A DNA stretch of 15,674 bases from positions 1 through 15,674 of the forward strand of contig JAFSUW010000002.1 in assembly GCA_017450465.1 (NCBI GenBank), read 5' to 3'. The notes below the pieces were generated by a model, which saw nothing but the letters and a program-made list of their open reading frames with translations, had not been told where the DNA came from and did not search any database. Positions 7,501 to 14,242 of this stretch are shown here, piece after piece (position 1 is the stretch's first letter; each line of letters begins with the position of its first letter). This DNA is from Clostridia bacterium (GTDB taxonomy: Bacteria > Bacillota > Clostridia > TANB77 > RGIG9151). Position numbers and translations under genes: made by a program.

Positions 7501-8067
7501 ATGCAAATATTTTTAATTATATTATCTGTATTATTAATCATAATACTATCGTTTTTGCTTACAAGTATACGTGTATCGGCTTATCTAACGAATGTAGAAA
7601 ATGAAACAATAGTGGTATTAAAAGTATATATATTTAAATTTATACGTGCTTTTAAGTTAACCAAAAGAATGAAAGGCGAAAAGAAAAAGTTAAGTGAAAA
7701 GATAGAGATGCTAATTAATTACTTTTTTAAGAGTAAAGCAGACCCTGTCGAATATGCGAGTCGTGAAATAAAGAAGAATAAAGGGCTCCCAAACTTTGTA
7801 AGGAACATTGATATTAAGAAAATAGTCATAGAAGAATTAGACCTAAATGTAAAGCTTGATTTCGGTAGTGCCGCAATAAGTGCAATCGCATGTGGCGCAG
7901 CTAATGCGATTGTAGGTATGGTTTTGGCCAAATATGAGAATAATATAAAAGGAACTGCTACTACTAATATAGTTCCAGGATACACTGGTGACGGTGTGAA
8001 GTTTAAGATAAATGCTAAAGTAAAAATGAAAGTTTTAGATATAATTAAACTATTTTTTAATAAATAA
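7501..8067 (+). CDS. ytfI: YtfI-like membrane protein (DUF2953-type), sporulation-associated
   Basis: It has an N-terminal TM helix (IFLIILSVLLIIILSFLLTSI) and a hydrophobic Gly/Ala-rich segment (GSAAISAIACGAANAIVGMVLA). It sits immediately upstream of a ytfJ/gerW homologue, mirroring the B. subtilis ytfI-ytfJ pair. The assignment rests mainly on architecture and synteny. Confidence 0.5.
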   Translation: MQIFLIILSVLLIIILSFLLTSIRVSAYLTNVENETIVVLKVYIFKFIRAFKLTKRMKGEKKKLSEKIEMLINYFFKSKADPVEYASREIKKNKGLPNFVRNIDIKKIVIEELDLNVKLDFGSAAISAIACGAANAIVGMVLAKYENNIKGTATTNIVPGYTGDGVKFKINAKVKMKVLDIIKLFFNK

Positions 8068-8079
8068 GGAGGAGTTAAA

Positions 8080-8511
8080 ATGGAAAAAGAACATCAAATT
8101 GATGGACTTATGGAAGCTGCAATGAATAGCATAAAGGAAATGGTAGATGTAAATACAATTATAGGAAGCCCTGTAAATATACCTGATGGCACAGTAATAA
8201 TACCAATATCGCGTGTGTCTTTTGGTTTTGCAGCAGGTGGAAGTGAATTTGCAGGAAGAAAGGAAGACAAACTTCCATTACCTTTTGGTGGAGGAAGTGG
8301 TGCGGGTGTAACTATAAATCCTGTTGGCTTTTTAGTAGTTGGCGGGGGCACAGTAAAGTTTATATCTGTAAATCAACAATCAGCTACCGAAAAATTGGTA
8401 GATTATATGCCTGAAGCAATTGATAAAATTCAAGGAATTTTTAAGAAAGATTCAAAAGAGAAAAGATATGAAACAGAAAATGGCACAGTATATGTACCAG
8501 AAGATTTATAA
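8080..8511 (+). CDS. ytfJ: Sporulation protein YtfJ / GerW family
   Basis: IDGLMEAAMNSIKEMVDVNTIIGSPVNIPDGTVIIPISRVSFGFAAGGSEF and PFGGGSGAGVTINPVGFLVV closely follow the YtfJ/GerW consensus. The B. subtilis pattern, from memory, is IQGLMKTAMENLKEMIDVNTIIGDPVETPDGSVILPVSKVGFGFAAGGSEF. RBS AGGAGG. Confidence 0.85.
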   Translation: MEKEHQIDGLMEAAMNSIKEMVDVNTIIGSPVNIPDGTVIIPISRVSFGFAAGGSEFAGRKEDKLPLPFGGGSGAGVTINPVGFLVVGGGTVKFISVNQQSATEKLVDYMPEAIDKIQGIFKKDSKEKRYETENGTVYVPEDL

Positions 8512-8563
8512 AGTATAAATATTGTCAACATTGTTTATGTAAACACAAAAACTGAGAATGAGA

Positions 8564-8595
8564 AGAATGATTTTATTAAAAATCATTCTTTTTTT
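8564..8595 (+). terminator. Rho-independent terminator after ytfJ
   Basis: An 11-bp stem, AGAATGATTTT (8564-8574) with AAAATCATTCT (8579-8589), a 4-nt loop ATTA, and a T-run to 8595. Confidence 0.75.
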
Positions 8596-8666
8596 ATCAA
8601 AAAAATTTTTTTCACATTATAAGCGAATTTGAAGGTTAAAAATGGGATTACTTCGCAAAAAAGGTA

Positions 8667-8694
8667 TAAAGTTTTTTGCTATTTTGAACGATAA
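8667..8694 (+). promoter_or_regulatory. Candidate sigma-28 (SigD/FliA)-type promoter upstream of fliK
   Basis: The sequence reads TAAAGTTT (8667-8674), 12 nt, then AACGATAA (8687-8694). The widely cited sigma-28 consensus is TAAAGTTT-N11-GCCGATAA. That gives 8/8 in the -35 element, 6/8 in the -10 element including the CGATAA core, and a spacer one nt longer. I could find no convincing SigA -35/-10 pair in 8596-8741. Confidence 0.45.
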
Positions 8695-8741
8695 TTTAGT
8701 AGCAAGGAGATGTATAAAAAAGAAAGAGGGTGGTTTATGGT

Positions 8742-9911
8742 ATGGATACCGCCTTGACAACAGGGATGTTAACTACAAACTTGTTATCGGTTACACCGAT
8801 CAAAAAGGACGTTGTACAAACAACAAAGGACGGGTTTAATAATATTTTCAAGAAGTCGTTGGACACGAAAAAAGTTGAAAATAAAGAAGTAAAAAAACCG
8901 ACAGATGATAAAAATAAGGTTACAAACGAAAAACCTAAAGAAAACAAAGAAAGCAAAGATGTTAAAGAGAAGGACGTAGATGAAATAAGGGATAGAGCAA
9001 GAAAAAAGGTCGCAAGTAAAACAAAAGAGTTAAAAGATAAGGCCGAAAATAAAGAAGGAGTTGTAGATGAAGCAACTAGTAAGTTAGATGAGTTGTTAGA
9101 AATGTTAGACGTTGATACAGAAGATTTGTTAATCAAGGACGTAAGTGAAAAGTTCGATACTGTTGGCCCACAAAACGTGGAAACGGAGAAAATAACGTTG
9201 AACATAGAGGATGAAGAAAATTTAGAGTTAAATGGTGCTAATCAAAACGTAGAAGGTGAGTTCACTTTTGATAGCGAAAATTTGACCGATGATATGTCAG
9301 ACAATAAGGATAATTTAAAAGACAATAAGTTTAAATTAAGAGATTTTCGTAACAATAGGATGGATAATATAAACGATAGACACGAAGTTGTTGGAGAAAG
9401 ATTTAGTGTGTCTAATGAAAATTTAGGGATTAATTTAAAAACAGGAATTAATAATACCATAACGGATATGAAAGAAAAAATTGATGTTTTAAAACAAGTA
9501 ACTGAGCAAATGGATGTTTCATTATATGATGGCAAAACGGAATCTGTAATGAAATTAAAACCAGATGATTTAGGTAAAGTAACGATTAAGCTCAGTTTGG
9601 AGAATGGTATAATAAGTGCTAAATTTTTAGCTGAAAGTGAAAAAGTAAAGGAAATTTTAGAATCAGGATTTAATCAATTAAAGGATGCTTTACAAAAACA
9701 AGGAATGCTGATACAAGAATTTAGCGTATCAGTAGATAATGGCTCTTCGCAAGATAGAGCAATGTTTGAAGGTAGAAGGAAATTTTTCAGTGGTAGAAAA
9801 ACTGAAAAAATAGAGAATAATATAAGCGTTAATAATATCGATTATTACGATTATAAAGAAGAACAAATGAGTAGATTGTGGCCGGATAGTACGATAAGCT
9901 TTTCGGCGTAA
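8742..9911 (+). CDS. fliK: Flagellar hook-length control protein FliK
   Basis: The C-terminal [61 protein letters not shown] is the conserved FliK (Flg_hook) substrate-specificity-switch domain. The central region is long, K/E/D-rich and low-complexity, consistent with a ruler. The start is moved from the ORF-track GTG 8730 to ATG 8742, which lies 8 nt after AGAGGGTGG (8725-8733). Confidence 0.75.
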   Translation: MDTALTTGMLTTNLLSVTPIKKDVVQTTKDGFNNIFKKSLDTKKVENKEVKKPTDDKNKVTNEKPKENKESKDVKEKDVDEIRDRARKKVASKTKELKDKAENKEGVVDEATSKLDELLEMLDVDTEDLLIKDVSEKFDTVGPQNVETEKITLNIEDEENLELNGANQNVEGEFTFDSENLTDDMSDNKDNLKDNKFKLRDFRNNRMDNINDRHEVVGERFSVSNENLGINLKTGINNTITDMKEKIDVLKQVTEQMDVSLYDGKTESVMKLKPDDLGKVTIKLSLENGIISAKFLAESEKVKEILESGFNQLKDALQKQGMLIQEFSVSVDNGSSQDRAMFEGRRKFFSGRKTEKIENNISVNNIDYYDYKEEQMSRLWPDSTISFSA

Positions 9912-9928
9912 GTACAAAAGAAAGGATT

Positions 9929-10549
9929 GTGATTAGCGTGGCTGTTGATGCAGTTAGTAGTAATAGTTATGATTATGTAGCGACTGGTAATACAGTTTCG
10001 AGTACTGCAAGTAGTTTAGGAAAAGATTCATTTTTAAATTTATTGGTAACACAGTTACAGCATCAGGATCCTTTAAATCCGGCTTCAGATACTGAATTTA
10101 TTGCTCAGATGGCACAATTTAGTTCGCTCGAGCAATTACAAAACTTAAACGATAGCTTTAATAGTTTTAAAGCATATGAATTAGTTGGTAAGAGCGTTGA
10201 AACAAGTAACAACATTGAAGGCATAGTAGAGGCGATACGTGTACAAAGTGATGGAGTTTATGCAGTAATAGACGGCTCAACTGCTAAAGTTGACAACATC
10301 ACAAGAGTAAATTACGGTTCAGAAGATACGGAATTATTATCTTACATGACAGCATACTTAGCAAATATTTTAGATGGCGTTGCTATCTTGACTGGCAAAG
10401 TAAATAGCATTGATGAGAAAGTAAATGCTATGACTAGTGTTTCAGGTGATGGCACGGGTGATGGAACAGACAATCCAATAGGCGACGGAACTGGTGATGG
10501 AACTGGCGACGGTGTTGGCGACGGCGTAGGAGATACTACAGGCGATTAA
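9929..10549 (+). CDS. flgD: Flagellar hook assembly/capping protein FlgD with an atypical C-terminal extension
   Basis: [45 protein letters not shown] is the canonical FlgD N-terminal motif. A short beta-rich domain follows (YELVGKSVE...[19 protein letters not shown]). About 75 further residues end in GDGx repeats. The start is uncertain (GTG 9929 or GTG 9938), and AAAGGA at 9921-9926 is the only SD-like element. Confidence 0.85.
   Translation: MISVAVDAVSSNSYDYVATGNTVSSTASSLGKDSFLNLLVTQLQHQDPLNPASDTEFIAQMAQFSSLEQLQNLNDSFNSFKAYELVGKSVETSNNIEGIVEAIRVQSDGVYAVIDGSTAKVDNITRVNYGSEDTELLSYMTAYLANILDGVAILTGKVNSIDEKVNAMTSVSGDGTGDGTDNPIGDGTGDGTGDGVGDGVGDTTGD
10445..10546 (+). repeat. In-frame 12-nt periodic repeat encoding (G-D-G-T/V)n at the FlgD C-terminus
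   Basis: The encoded sequence is [34 protein letters not shown]. The units differ at synonymous positions: ggt gat ggc acg / ggt gat gga aca / ggc gac gga act / ggc gac ggt gtt / ggc gac ggc gta. Confidence 0.9.
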
Positions 10550-10572
10550 TGTAATATCGGAGGGTGAGAGAT

Positions 10573-10965
10573 TTGATAATAAACAATAGGATAATACCTG
10601 GTGTAGTAAATAGCCCGAATGTGGGCCAGAGTAATCAAACCCATGGTACACAATCGACTAATTCTGGTATTAGTTTTGAAAGTTTGTTGAAAAAACAAAT
10701 TTTTGATAATTCGGAAGTTAAGTTTTCTAAGCATGCAACTAGCAGGTTAGAAACACGAAATATAAATTTAACTGACGACCAAAAGCTTAAATTGAACGAC
10801 GCAATTAATAAAGCAAATGACAAAAACGTAAAAGATTCTTTGGTACTAGTTGATGATATTGCTTTTGTAGTTAATGTTAAAGACAAAACGGTCGTTACCG
10901 TTATGAACAAGGATGAAATGAAGGAGAATGTTTTTTCTAATATCGACGGGGCAGTGATAGCATAG
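10573..10965 (+). CDS. Flagellar operon protein of unknown function (TIGR02530 / 'flg_new'-type, typically found between flgD and flgE)
   Basis: VKFSKHATSRLETRNINLTDDQKLKLNDAINKA..K..KDSLVLVDDIAFVVNVKDKTVVTVM......NVFSNIDGAVI matches my recollection of the family pattern (kFSkHA..Rl..R.I.l......l...v.kA...g.k.sLvl......ivsv.n.tviTa........vFtnIDgavi). The start is moved from GTG 10564 to TTG 10573, because GGAGGG (10559-10564) then lies 8 nt upstream. Confidence 0.65.
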   Translation: MIINNRIIPGVVNSPNVGQSNQTHGTQSTNSGISFESLLKKQIFDNSEVKFSKHATSRLETRNINLTDDQKLKLNDAINKANDKNVKDSLVLVDDIAFVVNVKDKTVVTVMNKDEMKENVFSNIDGAVIA

Positions 10966-11003
10966 GAAGGTTATTTTGCACCTCTTAAAGGGGGATTTCA
11001 TAT

Positions 11004-12344
11004 ATGATGACTTCTATGATGGCCGGAATCTCAGGATTGAAGGCCCATCAAACTAGAATGGACGTTGTTGCTAATAATATTGCCAACGTAAATACAGCAG
11101 GTTATAAAGCGTCTCGAGTAACATTCAGAGAAGTTTATTCAAGATCAATATCTAATGCGACAGCACCAAATCCTGACATAGGAACTGGTGGTACAAACCC
11201 CAACCAAATTGGTCTTGGTGTAGGACTTAATGCAATAAACGTAAATTATCGTACTGGTTCAATTGAAACGACAGAGAGTCCACTCGATGTAGCAATTGAC
11301 GGAGACGGATTTTTAATCGTAAAAACGCATCGTGCCGGTCAGTATTTCTTTACAAGAGCTGGTTCACTTGGCGTAGATAAATTAGGTAACTTGGTTACTG
11401 CTGATGGTTCTCAAGTTTATGGATGGTTACAATATACTGAAACAGAAGGAATTTACAAGTATAATACAGAAGCACAAGTAGAATCTATAAACTTGTATAA
11501 AGATGTATATAATGGCACAAAGAGAACTCTTGAACCACAAGCTACAAGTTATGTAATATTTACAGGAAACTTGAACTTAAATAATGTCCCAGGTATCGAT
11601 GGTGAAATAGGTATTCCAATATCTGTTTACGACTCATATGGTACAGAATACACACCACAAATAGTATTCAGTAGACCTGGCGACCCAGAAGATCCAGATT
11701 TTAATCCAAACTTATGGACATATGAAATATCTGATTCAAAGGGTGGAACATTATTTGATACGTTTACCGGAACAATAGAATTTAGCGACGAGGAAGGCAA
11801 AGTAGGTAAAGTAAAAGAAGTAAAAGATGAGAATGGTGATGTAGTTGAGAATAATGCCTTAATACGTGAGATACCATTTATTGGCGGAAACCATGAGACT
11901 CTTAATATAAAATTTGATTTTGATGCTCTCACACAATATTCTGCCGATACAACTGCAAAGGTTTATAATTCAAATGGTTACACAGCCGGTGAATTAGTAG
12001 ATTACTCAATTGGTGAGGATGGTATTATTACAGGTGTTTATTCAAATGGTAAACAACAACCACTTGCACAAATAGCACTTGCAGTATTTGATAACCCACA
12101 AGGTTTAAAGAAAGTTGGAGGAAGTATGTATACAGCAACCACTAACTCCGGTGATTTCTTTAGAGGTACAGCACCAAATACAATCGCAGGTTCGTTAGTT
12201 GCTAATGCACTTGAAATGTCAAACGTTGACTTAGCAACAGAATTTACAGATATGATAGTAACACAAAGAGGTTTCCAAGCAAACAGTAAAATAATAACAA
12301 CATCAGATGAGTTACTTCAAGAACTAGTTAATTTGAAACGTTAA
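11004..12344 (+). CDS. flgE: Flagellar hook protein FlgE
   Basis: The N-terminus is MMTSMMAGISGLKAHQTRMDVVANNIANVNTAGYKASRVTF, and DVAIDGDGFLIV is present. The C-terminus GSLVANALEMSNVDLATEFTDMIVTQRGFQANSKIITTSDELLQELVNLKR is the conserved rod/hook C-terminal motif. RBS GGGGGA at 10991-10996. Confidence 0.93.
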   Translation: MMTSMMAGISGLKAHQTRMDVVANNIANVNTAGYKASRVTFREVYSRSISNATAPNPDIGTGGTNPNQIGLGVGLNAINVNYRTGSIETTESPLDVAIDGDGFLIVKTHRAGQYFFTRAGSLGVDKLGNLVTADGSQVYGWLQYTETEGIYKYNTEAQVESINLYKDVYNGTKRTLEPQATSYVIFTGNLNLNNVPGIDGEIGIPISVYDSYGTEYTPQIVFSRPGDPEDPDFNPNLWTYEISDSKGGTLFDTFTGTIEFSDEEGKVGKVKEVKDENGDVVENNALIREIPFIGGNHETLNIKFDFDALTQYSADTTAKVYNSNGYTAGELVDYSIGEDGIITGVYSNGKQQPLAQIALAVFDNPQGLKKVGGSMYTATTNSGDFFRGTAPNTIAGSLVANALEMSNVDLATEFTDMIVTQRGFQANSKIITTSDELLQELVNLKR

Positions 12345-12348
12345 TAAT

Positions 12349-12380
12349 AAAAAATAATGCCCATTAGGGCATTATTTTTT
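12349..12380. terminator. Bidirectional Rho-independent terminator shared by convergent flgE and cca
   Basis: A perfect 14-bp stem, AAAAAATAATGCCC (12349-12362) with GGGCATTATTTTTT (12367-12380), and a loop ATTA. The A-run and T-run arms supply a U-tract in both directions. The cca stop codon (12372-12374) and its last two Lys codons lie inside the right arm. Confidence 0.8.
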
Positions 12381-13559
12381 TAGCCATTCTATACGTTTTT
12401 GATGTAATATTTCTTTTGCACGAATATCATTTGGTAGATCTATTTTTTCTCCATTTACCTCATGCATCATTTTATCTGCAATACTTACGAAATCGATATC
12501 ATTTTTTCCAGAATCTATTTTGGCTATAATATTTAATACTTTAAGATATTTATAATTTTTCTCCATGAAAGACACTTTTTTAGAAACACTCATGTCGTTC
12601 CAAATACCTGCCTTCATGTGCTCACGAGATACTACTATAGCAGTTTTTTCCCATTCGTTTGGAACTTTTAATCTATTGCATAAATTTTTTACAGGCACAC
12701 AACCTACTTCGTCATGCCCATAGTGATGTGGCAAAATTTCTTTTGGTGTAAGCGCTTTACCAAGGTCGTGCGTAAGAGCGGCGAATTTGATAAGAGCATC
12801 ATCTGTAATTTTAGAGCATTCATCAAGTACTATCATTGAATGGTTATATACATCGCCTTCGGGATGATAAATAAGTGGTTGTGGTACATCGATTAAATCA
12901 TAAATTTCCTTGAAGTGAACATCTAATATATCCGCTTTTCTTAATACATTGAAGAAGATAGAAGGAGTAGGAGTTAAAAGTGCTTTTTTTAATTCTTCAA
13001 AAACTCTTTCGCTAGATAGTAATGGCAGTTCATTTTTTGTCGAATGCATAAGTTTTATTGTAGATTCATCAACATTAAACTGTAATTTACTTGCAAAACG
13101 AGCAACACGATAAGACCTTAAGGCATCTTCAGAAAAGTGTTCGCTATTTGCTCTTATTATTTTTTCTTTTAAGTCTTTTTGACCACCAGTTGGATCTATA
13201 ATTTCATTGGTTAAAACGTCCATAGCAATACTATTTATAGTAATATCGCGGCGCACTAAATCATCAAAAATAGTTATATTATTTGTATCCATAGTAAAAC
13301 CATTGTGACCAGCTGAAGTTTTTTGCTCTTTACGGGCAAAAGCAAATTCAAAAGAATCTATTCTAAAAACAGGGAAAGAAGCACCTGTTTTTATTGCATT
13401 TGGGAAAAGTTTTAAGAAGGTATCTTCATTAAGCCCCGTAACGCAAAAGTCTATATCGTGTGATGGCGTACCTAGTAACAAATCGCGAACATAACCACCA
13501 ACAAAATATAGTCGTCCGTTATTTTGTTCGATTTTTTTAGCAATATCGATTATATCCAT
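12372..13559 (-). CDS. cca: CCA-adding tRNA nucleotidyltransferase with C-terminal HD phosphohydrolase domain (E. coli-type multifunctional Cca)
   Basis: LYFVGGYVRDLLLGTPSHDIDF, RRDITINSIAMD and FSEDALRSYRVARFASKL form the class II nucleotidyltransferase head and neck. YHPEGDVYNHS ... LTHDLGKALTPKEILPHHYGHDEVG...LCNRLKVPNE parallels the E. coli Cca HD domain (from memory, WHPE.D...H...[22 protein letters not shown]...LCQRLRVPNE). Confidence 0.8.
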   Translation of the reverse strand: MDIIDIAKKIEQNNGRLYFVGGYVRDLLLGTPSHDIDFCVTGLNEDTFLKLFPNAIKTGASFPVFRIDSFEFAFARKEQKTSAGHNGFTMDTNNITIFDDLVRRDITINSIAMDVLTNEIIDPTGGQKDLKEKIIRANSEHFSEDALRSYRVARFASKLQFNVDESTIKLMHSTKNELPLLSSERVFEELKKALLTPTPSIFFNVLRKADILDVHFKEIYDLIDVPQPLIYHPEGDVYNHSMIVLDECSKITDDALIKFAALTHDLGKALTPKEILPHHYGHDEVGCVPVKNLCNRLKVPNEWEKTAIVVSREHMKAGIWNDMSVSKKVSFMEKNYKYLKVLNIIAKIDSGKNDIDFVSIADKMMHEVNGEKIDLPNDIRAKEILHQKRIEWLKK

Positions 13560-13562
13560 AAA

Positions 13563-14150
13563 TTAATTGTTCTCCAAGAATTCTTTTAGTTTTTTTAGTG
13601 CCATTGCTCTATGGCTTACTTTATTTTTTTCTTCATGTTCCATTTCTCCAAAGGTAAGTCCTTTAGGAGGATAGTAGAAAACAGGGTCATATCCAAATTT
13701 ATTATCTCCAGTTTCATTAAAGGCAATCGTACCTTCGCAAATACCTTCAAATGTTTTGGTGATATCTTTATTAACTAAAGCGATAACACAGGTAAAATGC
13801 GCATTCCTTTTGCCTTCAGGAACATCTTTTAATTCGCTAAGCAGTTTTTTGTTATTATCACTGTCGTTACCGCCAGAGTATCTTGCAGAATATATGCCAG
13901 GTGCACCATTTAGGGCATCAACCGAAAGACCAGAGTCATCAGCAATAACAGTATAAGAATCATCATTTAGGTATTTATATATTTCAGTAGCTTTTTTTAG
14001 TGCGTTTTCAGTAAATGTAGAGCCATCTTCGACAACATCTAATTTGATATTTAAATCTGCTAAAGAAAAGACTTCTACATTAGATGAATTAAGCATTTCC
14101 TTAAGTTCGTTAACTTTATGTTTATTGTTTGTGGCAAGTAATAATTTCAT
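13563..14150 (-). CDS. rdgB: Non-canonical purine NTP (dITP/XTP) pyrophosphatase RdgB/HAM1 family
   Basis: MKLLLATNNKHKVNELKEML, ADDSGLSVDALNGAPGIYSARY, FGYDPVFY and SHRAMALKKL. The start is moved from the ORF-track GTG 14165 to the ATG at 14150-14148, which is preceded by GGAGGGA with a 6-nt spacer. It ends 3 nt before the cca start, so the two are probably co-transcribed. Confidence 0.88.
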   Translation of the reverse strand: MKLLLATNNKHKVNELKEMLNSSNVEVFSLADLNIKLDVVEDGSTFTENALKKATEIYKYLNDDSYTVIADDSGLSVDALNGAPGIYSARYSGGNDSDNNKKLLSELKDVPEGKRNAHFTCVIALVNKDITKTFEGICEGTIAFNETGDNKFGYDPVFYYPPKGLTFGEMEHEEKNKVSHRAMALKKLKEFLENN

Positions 14151-14169
14151 AAAACATCCCTCCACACAA

Positions 14170-14198
14170 AATATATCATAGAATTATGTGGCTTTCAA
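14170..14198 (-). promoter_or_regulatory. SigA-type promoter for rdgB-cca (minus strand)
   Basis: On the minus strand: TTGAAA (14198-14193), a 17-nt spacer, then TATATT (14175-14170), preceded by TGa (extended -10). The predicted leader is very short. Confidence 0.45.
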
Positions 14199-14221
14199 TA
14201 ATGGAAATTGTGTGGTAAAAT
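14194..14221 (+). promoter_or_regulatory. Candidate extended -10 promoter for the RNA methyltransferase gene
   Basis: TTCAAT (14194-14199), a 16-nt spacer, then TGgTAAAAT (14213-14221). Its -35 overlaps the -35 of the divergent rdgB promoter. Confidence 0.4.
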
Positions 14222-14242
14222 AAACTATGAAAGGAGAAACAA

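Noticed and set aside
8596-8741. Possible c-di-GMP or other riboswitch in the leader of the flagellar hook operon.
   Set aside because: The region is very AT-rich. It has no conserved G+C-rich helices or the characteristic GEMM-type motifs, and I could draw no extended secondary structure.
8642-8839. A 65-aa plus-strand ORF in the ytfJ-fliK intergenic region that overlaps the fliK start.
   Set aside because: It overlaps the first ~100 nt of fliK in another frame. The translation is basic and low-complexity (MGLLRKKGIKFF...[10 protein letters not shown]). It would also run through the candidate sigma-28 promoter and the fliK RBS. It is more likely non-coding leader DNA.
10445-10546. The tandem 12-nt repeat considered as a CRISPR-like or phase-variable slippage tract.
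   Set aside because: The units are in-frame codons of FlgD, only 12 nt long, and have no spacers. They differ at synonymous sites, so this is a protein-level repeat. It is neither a CRISPR array nor a perfect slippage-prone microsatellite.
8742-12344. Horizontal acquisition of the hook module, suspected from apparently CpG-richer codon usage.
   Set aside because: My rough hand counts gave about 23 CpG per 660 nt in fliK and about 19 per 660 nt in flgE. They also gave about 18 per 540 nt in spoIIIAH, against about 8-9 per 660 nt in scpA and recA. The difference tracks gene class or expression level rather than a block-specific compositional shift. No integrase, tRNA or direct repeats flank the module. 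A proper k-mer or codon-adaptation computation would be needed to say more.
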